NCBI GenBank assembly: GCA_963755715.1
Contig: CAVWLW010000076.1
Coordinates: forward strand, 32,001-96,000
Length of the DNA: 64,000 bases
Direction: 5' to 3'
From: an uncultured delta proteobacterium
GTDB taxonomy: Bacteria > Desulfobacterota > Binatia > UBA9968
A program made the translations under genes and the position numbers. A model generated the notes under the pieces. That model worked only from the letters and a program-made list of their open reading frames with translations. It was not told where the DNA came from and did not search any database. Below, one piece after another: positions 42,299 through 52,873 of this stretch (positions are counted from its first letter, which is position 1; every line of letters begins with the position of its first letter).

Positions 42299-42314
42299 TG
42301 GCATGCCGGTTGCG
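42299..42314 (+). promoter_or_regulatory. sigma54 -24/-12 promoter of the ATP-grasp/alpha-E pair
   Basis: TGGCATGCCGGTTGCG is a near-consensus TGGCA-N6-TTGC. Confidence 0.65.
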
Positions 42315-42390
42315 GGAGTAGCGGGCGAAACAATTTTGTGAGAAGCGTCGGTAGTGGTTCATTTTCAATGTGCTGTGAACCCTCAGATCG

Positions 42391-42469
42391 GGAAAGATTC
42401 CTCGCTTCGTGCTCGGAATGACAACCAATTAAGCCTTTGTCATCTCGAACGAAGTGAGAGATCTTTTCC
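42391..42469. repeat. REP-like inverted repeat pair
   Basis: GGAAAGATTCCTCGCTTCGTGCTCGGAATGACA...TGTCATCTCGAACGAAGTGAGAGATCTTTTCC form an imperfect inverted repeat. Confidence 0.6.
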
Positions 42470-42536
42470 AAAACGGAACCACAATCGAAGCGTCGATGAA
42501 CAGAGTAGTTTAGCGCAATGATCCGAAGGGCAGCCG

Positions 42537-43970
42537 ATGCAGTTTGCCACTTACGAGACCGCGAATTTTTATGACGAGATGTTTCTCGCCGATGGCTCGC
42601 CGCGCAGCGGCGCCCGCTTGCTGCAAGAGCGCATCGCCTCGCTGCCGGACGGCGAACTCCTAGCCCGCCAAGCGGCCGCCGAACGGCTGCTGCTGCAAAA
42701 CGGCATCACCTTTAACGTCTACAGCGATAGCGCCGCGACCGAAAAGATTTTCCCTTTCGATATCATTCCGCGGATCGTCGAGGCCGCTGAGTGGGATTGG
42801 CTCGAAAAGGGCTTGAAGCAGCGGGTTTACGCGCTGAATTTGTTCATCGACGATATTTATCACGAGCAAAAGATCCTCAAAGACAAAGTCATTCCCGAAG
42901 CGTTAATTCAATCGGCACGTTCCTTTAGAAAGGAATGCGTCGGCCTCAATCCACCGCAAAAGGTCTGGTGCCATATTACGGGGACCGATCTGGTGCGTGA
43001 TCGTGACGGCCAGATTTACGTACTCGAAGACAACCTGCGTTGTCCCTCGGGCGTGTCCTATGTGCTCGAGAACCGCCGCATCTTGAAACGAACCTTTCCG
43101 CAAGTCTTTGAAGCTTTGCGGGTACGTCCGGTCGATGAATATCCGAGCCGTTTACTGTCCACCTTGCAGTCGCTTTTCCCCGCCGCCATGGAATCACCCA
43201 AGGTCGCGCTGCTGACTCCGGGAATTTTTAATTCCGCCTACTACGAACACACTTTTCTGGCCCAACAGATGGGTGTCGAACTGGTCGAAGGCAATGATCT
43301 CGTCGCTGCCAATGGCCGGATCATGATGCGCACGACCAAGGGGTTTGAACCGGTCGATGTATTGTACCGCCGGATCGATGACGATTTTCTCGATCCCGAG
43401 GTCTTTCGTTCGGACTCGCTTTTGGGTGTGCCGGGATTGATGGAGATTTATAAAAAAGGCCGGGTTGCTTTGGCCAACGCGCCGGGCACCGGCATCGCCG
43501 ACGATAAATGTATTTACGCCTTCGTGCCGAAAATTATCGAATATTATCTCGGCGAAAAAATTATCATTCCCAATGTGCCGACCCATGTCTGCGCAGAGCC
43601 GAAAGAGCTGGCGTACGTGATCTCGAATCTAGACAAGTTGGTGGTGAAGGCAGTTAACGAATCGGGTGGTTATGGCATGCTCGTTGGGCCGCACGCGACT
43701 CCTGAGGAACGGTCGGAGTTCGCGCTCCGCATCCAAGAAAACCCGCGCAATTACATCGCTCAGCCGACTTTGGCCCTGTCGCGTGTGCCGGTCATCGTCA
43801 ACGGTCAAGTTGCCGGTCGCCACGTCGATTTGCGACCCTACGTGCTCTACGGCACCGACATTTATGTGCTGCCCGGCGGCTTGACGCGGGTGGCGCTGAA
43901 ACAGGGTTCTTTGGTCGTTAACTCGTCTCAAGGCGGCGGCAGTAAGGATACCTGGGTGCTGATGTCTTGA
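42537..43970 (+). CDS. circularly permuted type 2 ATP-grasp protein
   Basis: FYDEM, GITFNVY, LEDNLRCPSGVSY, RRIDD, HVDLRP, VVNSSQGGGSKDTWV. Confidence 0.92.
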   Translation: MQFATYETANFYDEMFLADGSPRSGARLLQERIASLPDGELLARQAAAERLLLQNGITFNVYSDSAATEKIFPFDIIPRIVEAAEWDWLEKGLKQRVYALNLFIDDIYHEQKILKDKVIPEALIQSARSFRKECVGLNPPQKVWCHITGTDLVRDRDGQIYVLEDNLRCPSGVSYVLENRRILKRTFPQVFEALRVRPVDEYPSRLLSTLQSLFPAAMESPKVALLTPGIFNSAYYEHTFLAQQMGVELVEGNDLVAANGRIMMRTTKGFEPVDVLYRRIDDDFLDPEVFRSDSLLGVPGLMEIYKKGRVALANAPGTGIADDKCIYAFVPKIIEYYLGEKIIIPNVPTHVCAEPKELAYVISNLDKLVVKAVNESGGYGMLVGPHATPEERSEFALRIQENPRNYIAQPTLALSRVPVIVNGQVAGRHVDLRPYVLYGTDIYVLPGGLTRVALKQGSLVVNSSQGGGSKDTWVLMS

Positions 43971-44019
43971 GGATCGGCTTTGGACCCGCCGGATCGTGGA
44001 ATTTTGCTGAAATAAGCCC

Positions 44020-45000
44020 ATGCTGAGCCGAGTTGCCAACTCGATTTACTGGTTGAGCCGTTACATGGAACGGGCCGAGAACGTTTCCCGATTCATCGAC
44101 GTCAACTTGCAAATGATGCTCGATCTTCCCTCCGGTTCCAATCAGCAATGGCGACCGCTTGTCAGCATTTCCGGCGATGATTCGGTTTTCACTTCGCGAT
44201 ACGCGACCGCCACACGGGAAAACGTCATAAAATTTCTCGCCTTGGACATGGAGAACCCGAACTCTATTGTGTCTTGCTTGCGTGCGGCGCGCGAAAATTC
44301 ACGCACGGTGCGCGAGGCGATTTCGTCGGAAATGTGGGAGCAGGTGAATACCAGCTACTTGGCGATTAACGCCGCGGCTTCGAACCCGCTGCTGATTCAC
44401 TCGCCTTATAGTTTTTTTAACGAAGTCAAAAAAGCCAGCCAGTTATTCGACGGCGTGGCCGAGGCGACGATGTTGCGCGGCGAAGGCTGGCATTTTTTCC
44501 GAATGGGCCGCTTGGTCGAGCGCGCCGACAAGACCTCGCGTTTGTTGGACGTGAAATATTACATTTTGCTGCCTTCGCTCACCGACGTGGGTACGCCTTT
44601 GGATGATATTCAATGGGCGGCGGTGTTGCGATCGGCGAGCGCGCTGGAAATGTATCGCAAGCGCCACGGCCATATCGCGCCGGAGCAGATCGTCGAGTTT
44701 CTCGTGCTCGATCATGAATTTCCGCGTTCGATCCATCATTGCCTGACCGCGGCCAACGACTCGCTTCACTCGATCTCGGGTACGCCGGTCGGCATGTACC
44801 GCAATCCCGCCGAGCAACGGCTCGGCCAATTGCGCGCCGAGTTGGCCTACGCGGACACGGAACACATCATCAAGCGCGGCTTGCACGAATTTCTCGATGG
44901 CTTTCAAACGAAGCTGAATCTCGCCGACCAATGCATCTACGACACCTTTTTTGCGCTCCGCCCCATCGGCGCCAGTGCGCCCTATCGACCCAATCAATAG
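44020..45000 (+). CDS. alpha-E domain protein
   Basis: MLSRVANSIYWLSRYMERAEN, ARENSR, ERADKTSR, FPRS. Confidence 0.9.
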   Translation: MLSRVANSIYWLSRYMERAENVSRFIDVNLQMMLDLPSGSNQQWRPLVSISGDDSVFTSRYATATRENVIKFLALDMENPNSIVSCLRAARENSRTVREAISSEMWEQVNTSYLAINAAASNPLLIHSPYSFFNEVKKASQLFDGVAEATMLRGEGWHFFRMGRLVERADKTSRLLDVKYYILLPSLTDVGTPLDDIQWAAVLRSASALEMYRKRHGHIAPEQIVEFLVLDHEFPRSIHHCLTAANDSLHSISGTPVGMYRNPAEQRLGQLRAELAYADTEHIIKRGLHEFLDGFQTKLNLADQCIYDTFFALRPIGASAPYRPNQ

Positions 45001-45093
45001 TCGTTCGTTTAGCGCGACGTTCTACGGCAGGCAATTCTCAGATTCAAAGAGCCGTTTAAATATGACTTGGTATCGAGGGGCCGCTATTTGACT

Positions 45094-46833
45094 CTACGCT
45101 CTGCTGGCAGCCGCTTTCTTGAAAACTTCGGCGCTCGTTATTTCGCTTGCCGCAATCAGCAACTGATCTCCACCCTCGAGTCGTGAGGAGCCACGCGGGA
45201 GTTGGATCTGCTGTTTGTGGATAATCGCTACGACAACGAGTTCGGGAAACTGGTCGAAAACCTCCGCGATACTGCGGCCAGCGAACTTTGAGTCGTCCGG
45301 CAAATTTACCGTCATCAAGATACCTTGCCCGCCATGAATGGGAACGGGCGTGCCGTGGCGCAGCAAAGAGGCTAAATGTGGCAACGTGACATTTCTGAGA
45401 TCCACAAGAGGACCACGCTCGAGCACCGCGAAGGTTGCCCGGAGCATAGTTTCCAGGTGGGTAGGTGAATCGGATCTTAGCTCTACCTGCGCCTCGTATA
45501 GTCGAGGATATTTGAACCCCGACGATACGGTTCGTTCTACGACAAATGCTATCGTCGTCGCGAGCATCGACGGAACGATCAATCCATAGCCGCCAGTCAT
45601 CTCCGCGACCATGATTAACGTGGCGATCGGAACGCGCGCCGTGCCGGCGAATACGGCAGCCATGCCGACGACCGCGAAGGCGGCGGTGTTAAAGCCGGCA
45701 CCCGGGATGAAATGGTCTGCGACAAAAGCAACCCACGCCCCCACCATACCGCCGATATACACATTGGGACCGAATACTCCGCCCGAGCCGCCGGAAGAGA
45801 TCGTCAAAGACATGGCCAATATTTTCGCGAGCGCAAGAAAGATCAGCGACCAGCCGATGTAATCTCCGGTCATTGCTTTCTGAACCCAGCCGTATCCGGT
45901 AGAGATTGTTTCGGGGACAACGAGGGCGAGCAACCCCATCAAAAGCCCGCCGATAGCCGGCTTTACATGATTGGGAATTTTTAAGGCTCGAAACAGATCC
46001 CTGATTCCGTAAAAGATCGGCGCTTCAATGGCGCCGACAATGCCAGCTACCACCCCGAGTATAGCGTAACCGACAAGCGCGATGGGCTGAGTAAAATGAA
46101 CAGTTTGAGGAAAGAGAAAAATCGGCGACCATCCGACAAACAATCCGTTCACCGCGTATGCCACGACCGATGCGACGACAGTATAAATAAGGGCTTCGGT
46201 TTCAAAGGCCATGCCCGAATAGAGAATTTCTACTGAAAAGATCGCCATCCCTAAAGGGGACCGAAAGATTGCGGCAAGTCCTGCGGCCATTCCAGCAAGA
46301 ACCAAGATTCGCCGTTCCTCATCTGGCAATCGCAACAAGTCCGCGAGCATGGAACCGACGCCGACGCTGATCTGCGCGGTGGGTCCTTCACGTCCGGCCG
46401 CTCCGCCGGATCCGATTGTGATGGCGGAAGCGAAGACTTTTATCAGCGGAACAATCGGTCTGACTCTGCCGCCTTTGAAGTGAAATGCTTCCACCGCAGC
46501 GTCGGTACCGTGACCTTCCGCCTCCGGGGCGAAAGTATAGACCAATATTCCTGAGAGAAGTCCGCCCAAGGTGGTTACCAGCGGGATCAGCCACAAACCC
46601 CAACTGCCGACAATAGGCTGGGGATTCAGACTTCCCGGTTCGGGTGGCTGGTAGCCGGCGATGCCGACTAGGAGCAGATGCTCGGTGAAATTCAAAATCC
46701 AGACGAAAAGCTGTGCCCCCAATCCACCCGCAACACCGATCAAGGCCGAATAAAATAAAAGCCGATACTCGTTCCACGGAGACTTGGTCAATTGCGTGGC
46801 AGGTTTAGTTTGTGGCTCAGTGCTCCCAGTCAT
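45094..46833 (-). CDS. ClC-family chloride channel/antiporter with C-terminal TrkA-C (RCK-C) domain
   Basis: GHG, GREGP, GGSGGVFGP; C-terminal AGRSIAE…VVAII…P.GSSRLEGGDQL. Confidence 0.88.
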   Translation of the reverse strand: MTGSTEPQTKPATQLTKSPWNEYRLLFYSALIGVAGGLGAQLFVWILNFTEHLLLVGIAGYQPPEPGSLNPQPIVGSWGLWLIPLVTTLGGLLSGILVYTFAPEAEGHGTDAAVEAFHFKGGRVRPIVPLIKVFASAITIGSGGAAGREGPTAQISVGVGSMLADLLRLPDEERRILVLAGMAAGLAAIFRSPLGMAIFSVEILYSGMAFETEALIYTVVASVVAYAVNGLFVGWSPIFLFPQTVHFTQPIALVGYAILGVVAGIVGAIEAPIFYGIRDLFRALKIPNHVKPAIGGLLMGLLALVVPETISTGYGWVQKAMTGDYIGWSLIFLALAKILAMSLTISSGGSGGVFGPNVYIGGMVGAWVAFVADHFIPGAGFNTAAFAVVGMAAVFAGTARVPIATLIMVAEMTGGYGLIVPSMLATTIAFVVERTVSSGFKYPRLYEAQVELRSDSPTHLETMLRATFAVLERGPLVDLRNVTLPHLASLLRHGTPVPIHGGQGILMTVNLPDDSKFAGRSIAEVFDQFPELVVVAIIHKQQIQLPRGSSRLEGGDQLLIAASEITSAEVFKKAAASRA

Positions 46834-47328
46834 CTATTTTCATTACCCCGTTGCAAGATTTGGAGACACGAGCGATATGTACGCCTGTATTATTTGGTCG
46901 ATCTCAATGATCACAGCATTAGTTGCGACAAGCATTCTTTATCATTGCCGTAGGCGGCACGCGGTTCAAGGTAGCCGCCCGTGGCGCACGAGAGCCGTGA
47001 ATGTGGATTGCCTAACGCGGATGTCGGACCCAGGCATCGATTTCGGTTTGGTTAATTAAGCAGAGTACATGCGAGATTTCGGTTGGAATTGGAAACTAGG
47101 TCTAAATACTCATTTTGACGAAATAAAACCGTATTAATGGGATTTCAAAAAGTACGTCTGCGCACGAACCATTGCGGCAACGGAAGCGTTATTCTCCACA
47201 CCCGCGATGCGGAATGAAACGAGCCAATTATAAATAATATCCATTTCCAACCTCTCGTGTACTTTTTCGGCACCTTCAGTATGAAGAGACGGAACGACAT
47301 TCTCGTCGCATTAAAATAGTAAAGATGG

Positions 47329-48204
47329 CTATACGCCTGATCCCACTTTGGGACGCCACTTATCAAACCGGTGTTCGATTCGATCGAGAATTTCGGTTAG
47401 TACGATGCCGGAGATGGCAAAGATCAATACGCCGACAAAAACTTTATCGGTCTGGAAAGTCGCGCCGGCGACGGTGATCATAAAACCGATTCCCGCCGTG
47501 GCTGCATAGAGCTCGCCAACTAGCACCCCCACCAGCGCGCGCCCCACAGCGATTCGTAAACCGGTCAGAAGAAACGGCAGGGTGGAGGGGAAAACGACGC
47601 TCTTAAATACTTGCCATTCCGACGCGCCGAAACTCCTCGCGGCGTTGATCAAATTGAGTGGGGTGGTTTTAACGCCGTCTCGTGCGTTGATCAACATCGG
47701 GAAAACCGCGCCGAGAAAAATAATTCCCACCTTGGAAAGAATTCCAATGCCCAACCAGATGATCACCAAAGGCAGAAGGGCCACACGCGGGGTAGCGTTC
47801 ATGGCATTGACGAAGGGATCAAAAACGTAGCTAAGCCGCTTATACCAACCTGTCAGAATGCCGAAAGGAACAGCGACGACGACCGCGAGCACATATCCCC
47901 AAAAGAACTCGATGCTGCTGATCTTGAGGTCGTGATAAATCTCTCCCGACGAGAATAGGCCGACCGCCGCCTTGAAGATGAGCGACGGCGCGCTCATGAA
48001 CATGGGGTTGATGCGCAAAATCGGGATGGGATTGTAAACGCTCAGGGCGCCGCCCATAAACTCCCACAGCAGCAGGAATACGATCACCGCCGAGGTACCC
48101 AAGATCTTGCTCTCCTGATTGAGGTAGAACTTGTAGAGTCTCGACGCGTCGGCGACGCTTACATCTAGAAGCACATCTTGCGGAGCAACTTTTTCATTGG
48201 CCAT
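47329..48204 (-). CDS. ABC transporter permease (NitT/TauT/SsuC type)
   Basis: TPRVALLP, INAARSFGAS (EAA loop), LVGELYAA. Confidence 0.85.
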   Translation of the reverse strand: MANEKVAPQDVLLDVSVADASRLYKFYLNQESKILGTSAVIVFLLLWEFMGGALSVYNPIPILRINPMFMSAPSLIFKAAVGLFSSGEIYHDLKISSIEFFWGYVLAVVVAVPFGILTGWYKRLSYVFDPFVNAMNATPRVALLPLVIIWLGIGILSKVGIIFLGAVFPMLINARDGVKTTPLNLINAARSFGASEWQVFKSVVFPSTLPFLLTGLRIAVGRALVGVLVGELYAATAGIGFMITVAGATFQTDKVFVGVLIFAISGIVLTEILDRIEHRFDKWRPKVGSGV

Positions 48205-48258
48205 AGTAAATCCCTCCGCGTTTTTTCGCTCGTGGCGCTCTCCTTGTTGTTCTCGTAG

Positions 48259-48806
48259 TCATGTCGTCGGAACGTTTTTCACGACAAACCGATCGTGGCG
48301 GTTTTTCTGCCAGCATTCCTCGTCTGTGCTCCTGGCAAACCGGAAGCTCTTTCCCATAGCTGATCGTGGTGATCCGGCTCAGCCGGAATTCCCAACGTCA
48401 CGAGATAGTCTTTGGCCGTTTGCGCCCGCTTTGCGCCGAGAGCCAAGTTATACTCGCCGGTGCCTCTCTCATCGCAGTGTCCTTCGATTTCCACTTGGGC
48501 CGAAGCACTGTTCTTCAGCCATCCCGAATGGGACTTGAGCACGTCTCGGGCGTCTGTCCTTAGGTTATATTGATCAAAATCAAAGTAGATATCCTTTAAA
48601 GGTCCCGAGGCAGGGGCTTTTCCCTCACGATGTGCATCCAAACTAGAGCCGGAGTTGGAGGCTGCCGTCTTGATTTGTTTTGCAGTAGCCACCTTTTGTT
48701 GTGGTTGCATCGTCGTGGTATCCGGCGGCTTCGTTGATGATTTCGTAGAACAAGCCACCAACGCCAAGAAATAGCAAAGCGATGAGAAAGCTCTTGCCAG
48801 CCACAC
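48259..48806 (-). CDS. pal: peptidoglycan-associated lipoprotein (Pal/OmpA), frameshifts near 48380 and 48325
   Basis: Lipobox LVA|C, IYFDFD, EGHCDERGTGEYNLALGAKRA, then ISYGKE and ECWQKNR in shifted frames. Confidence 0.8.
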
Positions 48807-48850
48807 CAGACTCGATATGCCGTCTATCTCTCATTGTGACGTCTCCTTTT

Positions 48851-49204
48851 TTAGAACCAGTTTAAATGCTTCTCTAATTCTCGCGTCGTCATGACGGTCG
48901 CGTTCGAAACCAAGCTCGCGAGAGTCTCCTTGGGAACCGCGCTTTTAACTGTGTTCGCCCGATCAGACACTATAATGAGTTCCATTGAGCCGCTGATATC
49001 CCTTAGATTTAAAACGGTCTCCGCCAGATCCATCTCTTCGCCGGTCGAGATCAGTATTGCCGCATCAAACATCTCGTGTTGCGCGCGCGATACTGCCATC
49101 TTTCCGTCTGGGATATGTGTCACTCTAGAAGTCGCAGCCCGAAATATAGCGTTTAATGACTGTGGAATTTCCGAACCGATAACCATGATTTTCTCGAGCG
49201 TCAT
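48851..49204 (-). CDS. degenerate stand-alone receiver-like protein
   Basis: Receiver-like beta/alpha pattern (KIMVIG, FDAAILIS, LIIVS) without the acidic pocket or phospho-Asp. Confidence 0.55.
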   Translation of the reverse strand: MTLEKIMVIGSEIPQSLNAIFRAATSRVTHIPDGKMAVSRAQHEMFDAAILISTGEEMDLAETVLNLRDISGSMELIIVSDRANTVKSAVPKETLASLVSNATVMTTRELEKHLNWF

Positions 49205-49296
49205 CGAAAATGACCGATCTCGCCGCTGTCAGCGGACGGATCTCACAGTTGCTTCATCTAAATCGTAACAGAGAACAGATTATTCGAAGGAGCACG

Positions 49297-49312
49297 AGCA
49301 ACCGAGATGCCA
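49297..49312 (-). promoter_or_regulatory. sigma54 -24/-12 promoter
   Basis: Minus strand TGGCATCTCGGTTGCT; TGT...ACA-type palindromes lie ~70-130 nt upstream (49384-49443). Confidence 0.65.
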
Positions 49313-49506
49313 GGTCGCTACTTCCGCAGGAAATCAGGAAGTTTCAGCAAACATGAAATAGCGATTCGGCGCACACGAAGAAGTGTGTGCGGATTTTATA
49401 CACTGAGAGCCAAGCTCGGAGCAAATGAGCGAAAATTTTACACGGCACCGATAGGCGTGCACGTAGGCAAGTTTTCAGCTTAGAGGAAATCTTTCCTGCT
49501 CTGTAA

Positions 49507-50522
49507 CTACAACAGGTGGTGTCTCTTGAGTTTGTCGTAAAGGGTGCGGCGGCTAATACCCAGAGTCGACGCGGCTTTTTTCTTGTTTCCTGCCGCAGAG
49601 GCTAGAGTCATCGCGATAAATTCCTTTTCCGCAGCTTCGAGGGTCATGCCGATATGGATCGGAAAGCTTGCCAAGAGCGACTCGCGATCGGACTCTCCAG
49701 CATTTCTGATTCTCGCCGGAAGAAGATCGGAGGTGAGCTCGTTCATCTTCCGCTACCAGGACCGCACGCTGGATAACATTCTTAAGCTCGCGCACATTGC
49801 CGGGCCAGGAATAACTTTCGAGACATCGGAGCGCATCCGCGGAAACTGAGCGCAAATCTTTTTTATACATCCGACCAAATTGAGCCAGGAAATGTTGGGA
49901 GAGAACCCTGAGCCCGCCCGGTCTGTCTCGCAAGCGGGGGTAAATTGATGCGAAAAACATCGAATCTATAGTAGAGATCTTCGCGAAATCTATTGTTTTT
50001 AATCGCCGCTTCGAGATTTTCGTTAGTTGCGCCGATGACCCGAACGTCGACACGAATGTCCCTCTCACCGCCAAGCCGACGAAACGTTTTTGTTTCTAGC
50101 ACGCGAAGCAAAGACACCTGGCATTTCTCATCCATCGTGCTGATTTCGTCGAGGAAGATCGTCCCGCCGTCGGCGAGTTCGAAACTGCCTTTGCGCGCAG
50201 CCATGGCGCCGGTGTACGCTCCCTTCTCATGTCCGAAGAGCTCACTGGCGATCAATTCTGCAGGCATCGCTCCCGTGTTAACGGCGACAAACGGCTTGTC
50301 TTTCCGCCTGCTTCGATTGTGAATCGCGCCGGCAACGAGGTCCTTCCCCGTTCCTGTTTCGCCCGTGATCAACACAGGAATATCTGCCGAAGCGGCGTCG
50401 ATAATGCTTTGGAATACTTCGAGCATTGGCAGACTGACTCCAAGCATCCCTTCGAACTGATTGGGAACAGAGGTTTGCGCAGAGGAGGTGCGCTTAGTTT
50501 CGGATTGAGATTGTTTTGACAT
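49507..50522 (-). CDS. sigma54-dependent Fis-family activator lacking an N-terminal sensor domain (frameshifts near 49935 and 49745)
   Basis: GETGTGK, SELFGHEKGAYTGA, IFLDE, FREDLYYR, WPGNVREL, C-terminal HTH NKKKAASTLGISRRTLY. Confidence 0.88.
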
Positions 50523-50853
50523 AATGCCCGTTCGGTAGCGAAGCGCTGTACGAATATCAGTAACGGATTAATTTGTCTATTTCTAACTACTTGCGAGCGC
50601 TCAAGAAACATCGTCGGTCACACGCAATTCAACTTCTAGACAACCTGATCCGTTGGCGACGTCGAAATCGTTGCAGTTTGGCGATGCAAAATTTGTCTTG
50701 GAAGGTCATATAAGCAGGCGCGCTCCGTGCGATTGGGAGCCTGCAGCTTAGACCCCTGATATTGGCTTTAGGTATTCCAGAGTATAAAAACCAGCTGGGT
50801 ATGATTCACGAAATTTCTTGCGGTGTCTTGGCGTTGGCGGAAGCGACAAGTCG

Positions 50854-52146
50854 ATGAAGATAAAAACACTCGTATTTTTCGTGATTCTCGCTTCAGTCGT
50901 ATTCGCGGGCGCGCAAGGTCACGGAGATGCGATCAACGATCTTCTGCTGGCTCTCGTTATTCTTTTGCCGGTCGCAAAGCTGGCCGGGATGTTGGCCGAA
51001 AAATTGGCGCAACCTGCCGTCATGGGAGAGCTGCTGGCGGGCTTGATTCTCGGTAACCTGAGCCTACTAGGGATGGACGGCCTGATTTTCTTAAAGACCG
51101 ACACTGGACTGGAAATTCTCGCCCAACTGGGAGTCATCCTCCTGCTCTTTGAGATCGGTCTCGACGCCAGCTTGGCCGATCTCATGAAAGTCGGCGTTTC
51201 ATCGCTGCTCGTCGCCGCCGTCGGCGTGGTCTTGCCGTTCGTATTGGGTTGGTCGGTGAGCGCTTGGCTGCTGCCCGATCGTTCGTTCTACGTACACACA
51301 TTTATTGGCGCGACGCTTTGCGCAACCAGCGTCGGGATCACGGCACGGGTGCTCCAAGACATCGACGCCATGCGCACGCAGGAGGCGAGAATAATTCTCG
51401 GCGCGTCGGTGATCGATGATGTGCTTGGCCTGCTCATCCTGGCTGTGGTCTCCGGTATGATTGTCGGAGCTGATCGAGGAACACCGGTCTCAGTTGGATC
51501 GATTAGCTATCTGATCGGCACCGCCATAGTATTTTTGGCGGGCTCCTTGTTTGTCGGTATCCGGCTTGTGCCGCATATTTTTCGCCACGCGGCGAAAACC
51601 CCGTCGCGCGGCGTGCTCTTCACCTTGTCGCTGAGCTTGTGTTTCCTTTGTCTTATTTGTCGGCGACGATAGGGCTGGCGCCGATCGTCGGCGCCTTTGC
51701 TGCGGGATTGATTTTAGAATCTGTGCCCATGGAGAAATATTTACAAGCGGAGGAGCTGTCGCCCGATAAAATGCTTCATCCCTTGTCCGCATTTCTTGTG
51801 CCGTTATTTTTCGTCCAGATGGGTTTAAAAATTGATTTTGGCAGCTTGTTTCGCATTGAAGTATTGGCACTGGCGACTGCGCTGACCGTGGCGGCTATCG
51901 TCGGGAAGCAGGCATGCGGGTTGGGCGCTCTGGACAAAAATCTGAACCGGATTTCGATCGGCATTGGCATGATTCCCGCGCGGCGAAGTCGGATTGATCT
52001 TCGCCGGCATCGGGCTCACTCTCGCGGTCAAGGGCGAAAGGATCCTCGATGACGCGGTGTTTTCCGCGATCCTCGTCATGGTGATGGTGACGACGATCAT
52101 AACTCCGCCGCTTTTGCAGTGGAGTTTTACGCGCCATGGAAAATAG
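50854..52146 (+). CDS. cation:proton antiporter (CPA2/NapA-like), frameshifts near 51650 and 51975
   Basis: QPAVMGELLAG, ATSVGITA, SVIDD, GAFAAG, PLFFV, GMIP(R)GEVG. Confidence 0.85.
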
Positions 52147-52283
52147 GGAACCTCTTGCAATTCCCCCATACTTTTATCGAGCTTTAACATTGTGAACTGA
52201 TCCCGAGTTTTCACCACACACTCCAGCGGTTGGACAAAAATTTCTGCGGCGCCAATTCACGTCGACTGTTGTTTGACTTCAAT

Positions 52284-52320
52284 TGCTTAGAATTTAGGCT
52301 TCCCGCCTAATTGCTAGGCA
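52284..52320. promoter_or_regulatory. tandem 17-bp NtrC-type enhancer sites
   Basis: TGCTTAGAATTTAGGCT-tcc-CGCCTAATTGCTAGGCA, ~100 nt upstream of a sigma54 promoter; repeated at 54882-54918. Confidence 0.6.
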
Positions 52321-52417
52321 TATAATTCCCTCGCCGACGACAGCTCTGGGCCATCGTTCCAAACAATTTATAAGGATTCCAAGAACTAGCACGTTGTCCA
52401 GCGTTGCTATTTAGCTA

Positions 52418-52433
52418 TGGCATCACGGTTGCT
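52418..52433 (+). promoter_or_regulatory. sigma54 promoter of P-II/amtB
   Basis: TGGCATCACGGTTGCT (GG-N10-GC). Confidence 0.75.
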
Positions 52434-52488
52434 CTAGCCCAAATGAAACGAAAAATTTTTCTGTTCAATCTTAATGGCCAGGTTTTGA

Positions 52489-52842
<354 letters not shown>

Positions 52843-52873
52843 GAACACGCACACGATATAAAGGGGGGAAATC

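Noticed and set aside
47145-47366. 73-aa ORF in the AT-rich gap after the ABC permease
   Set aside because: It overlaps the permease end, has no RBS or motif, and cannot be distinguished from chance.
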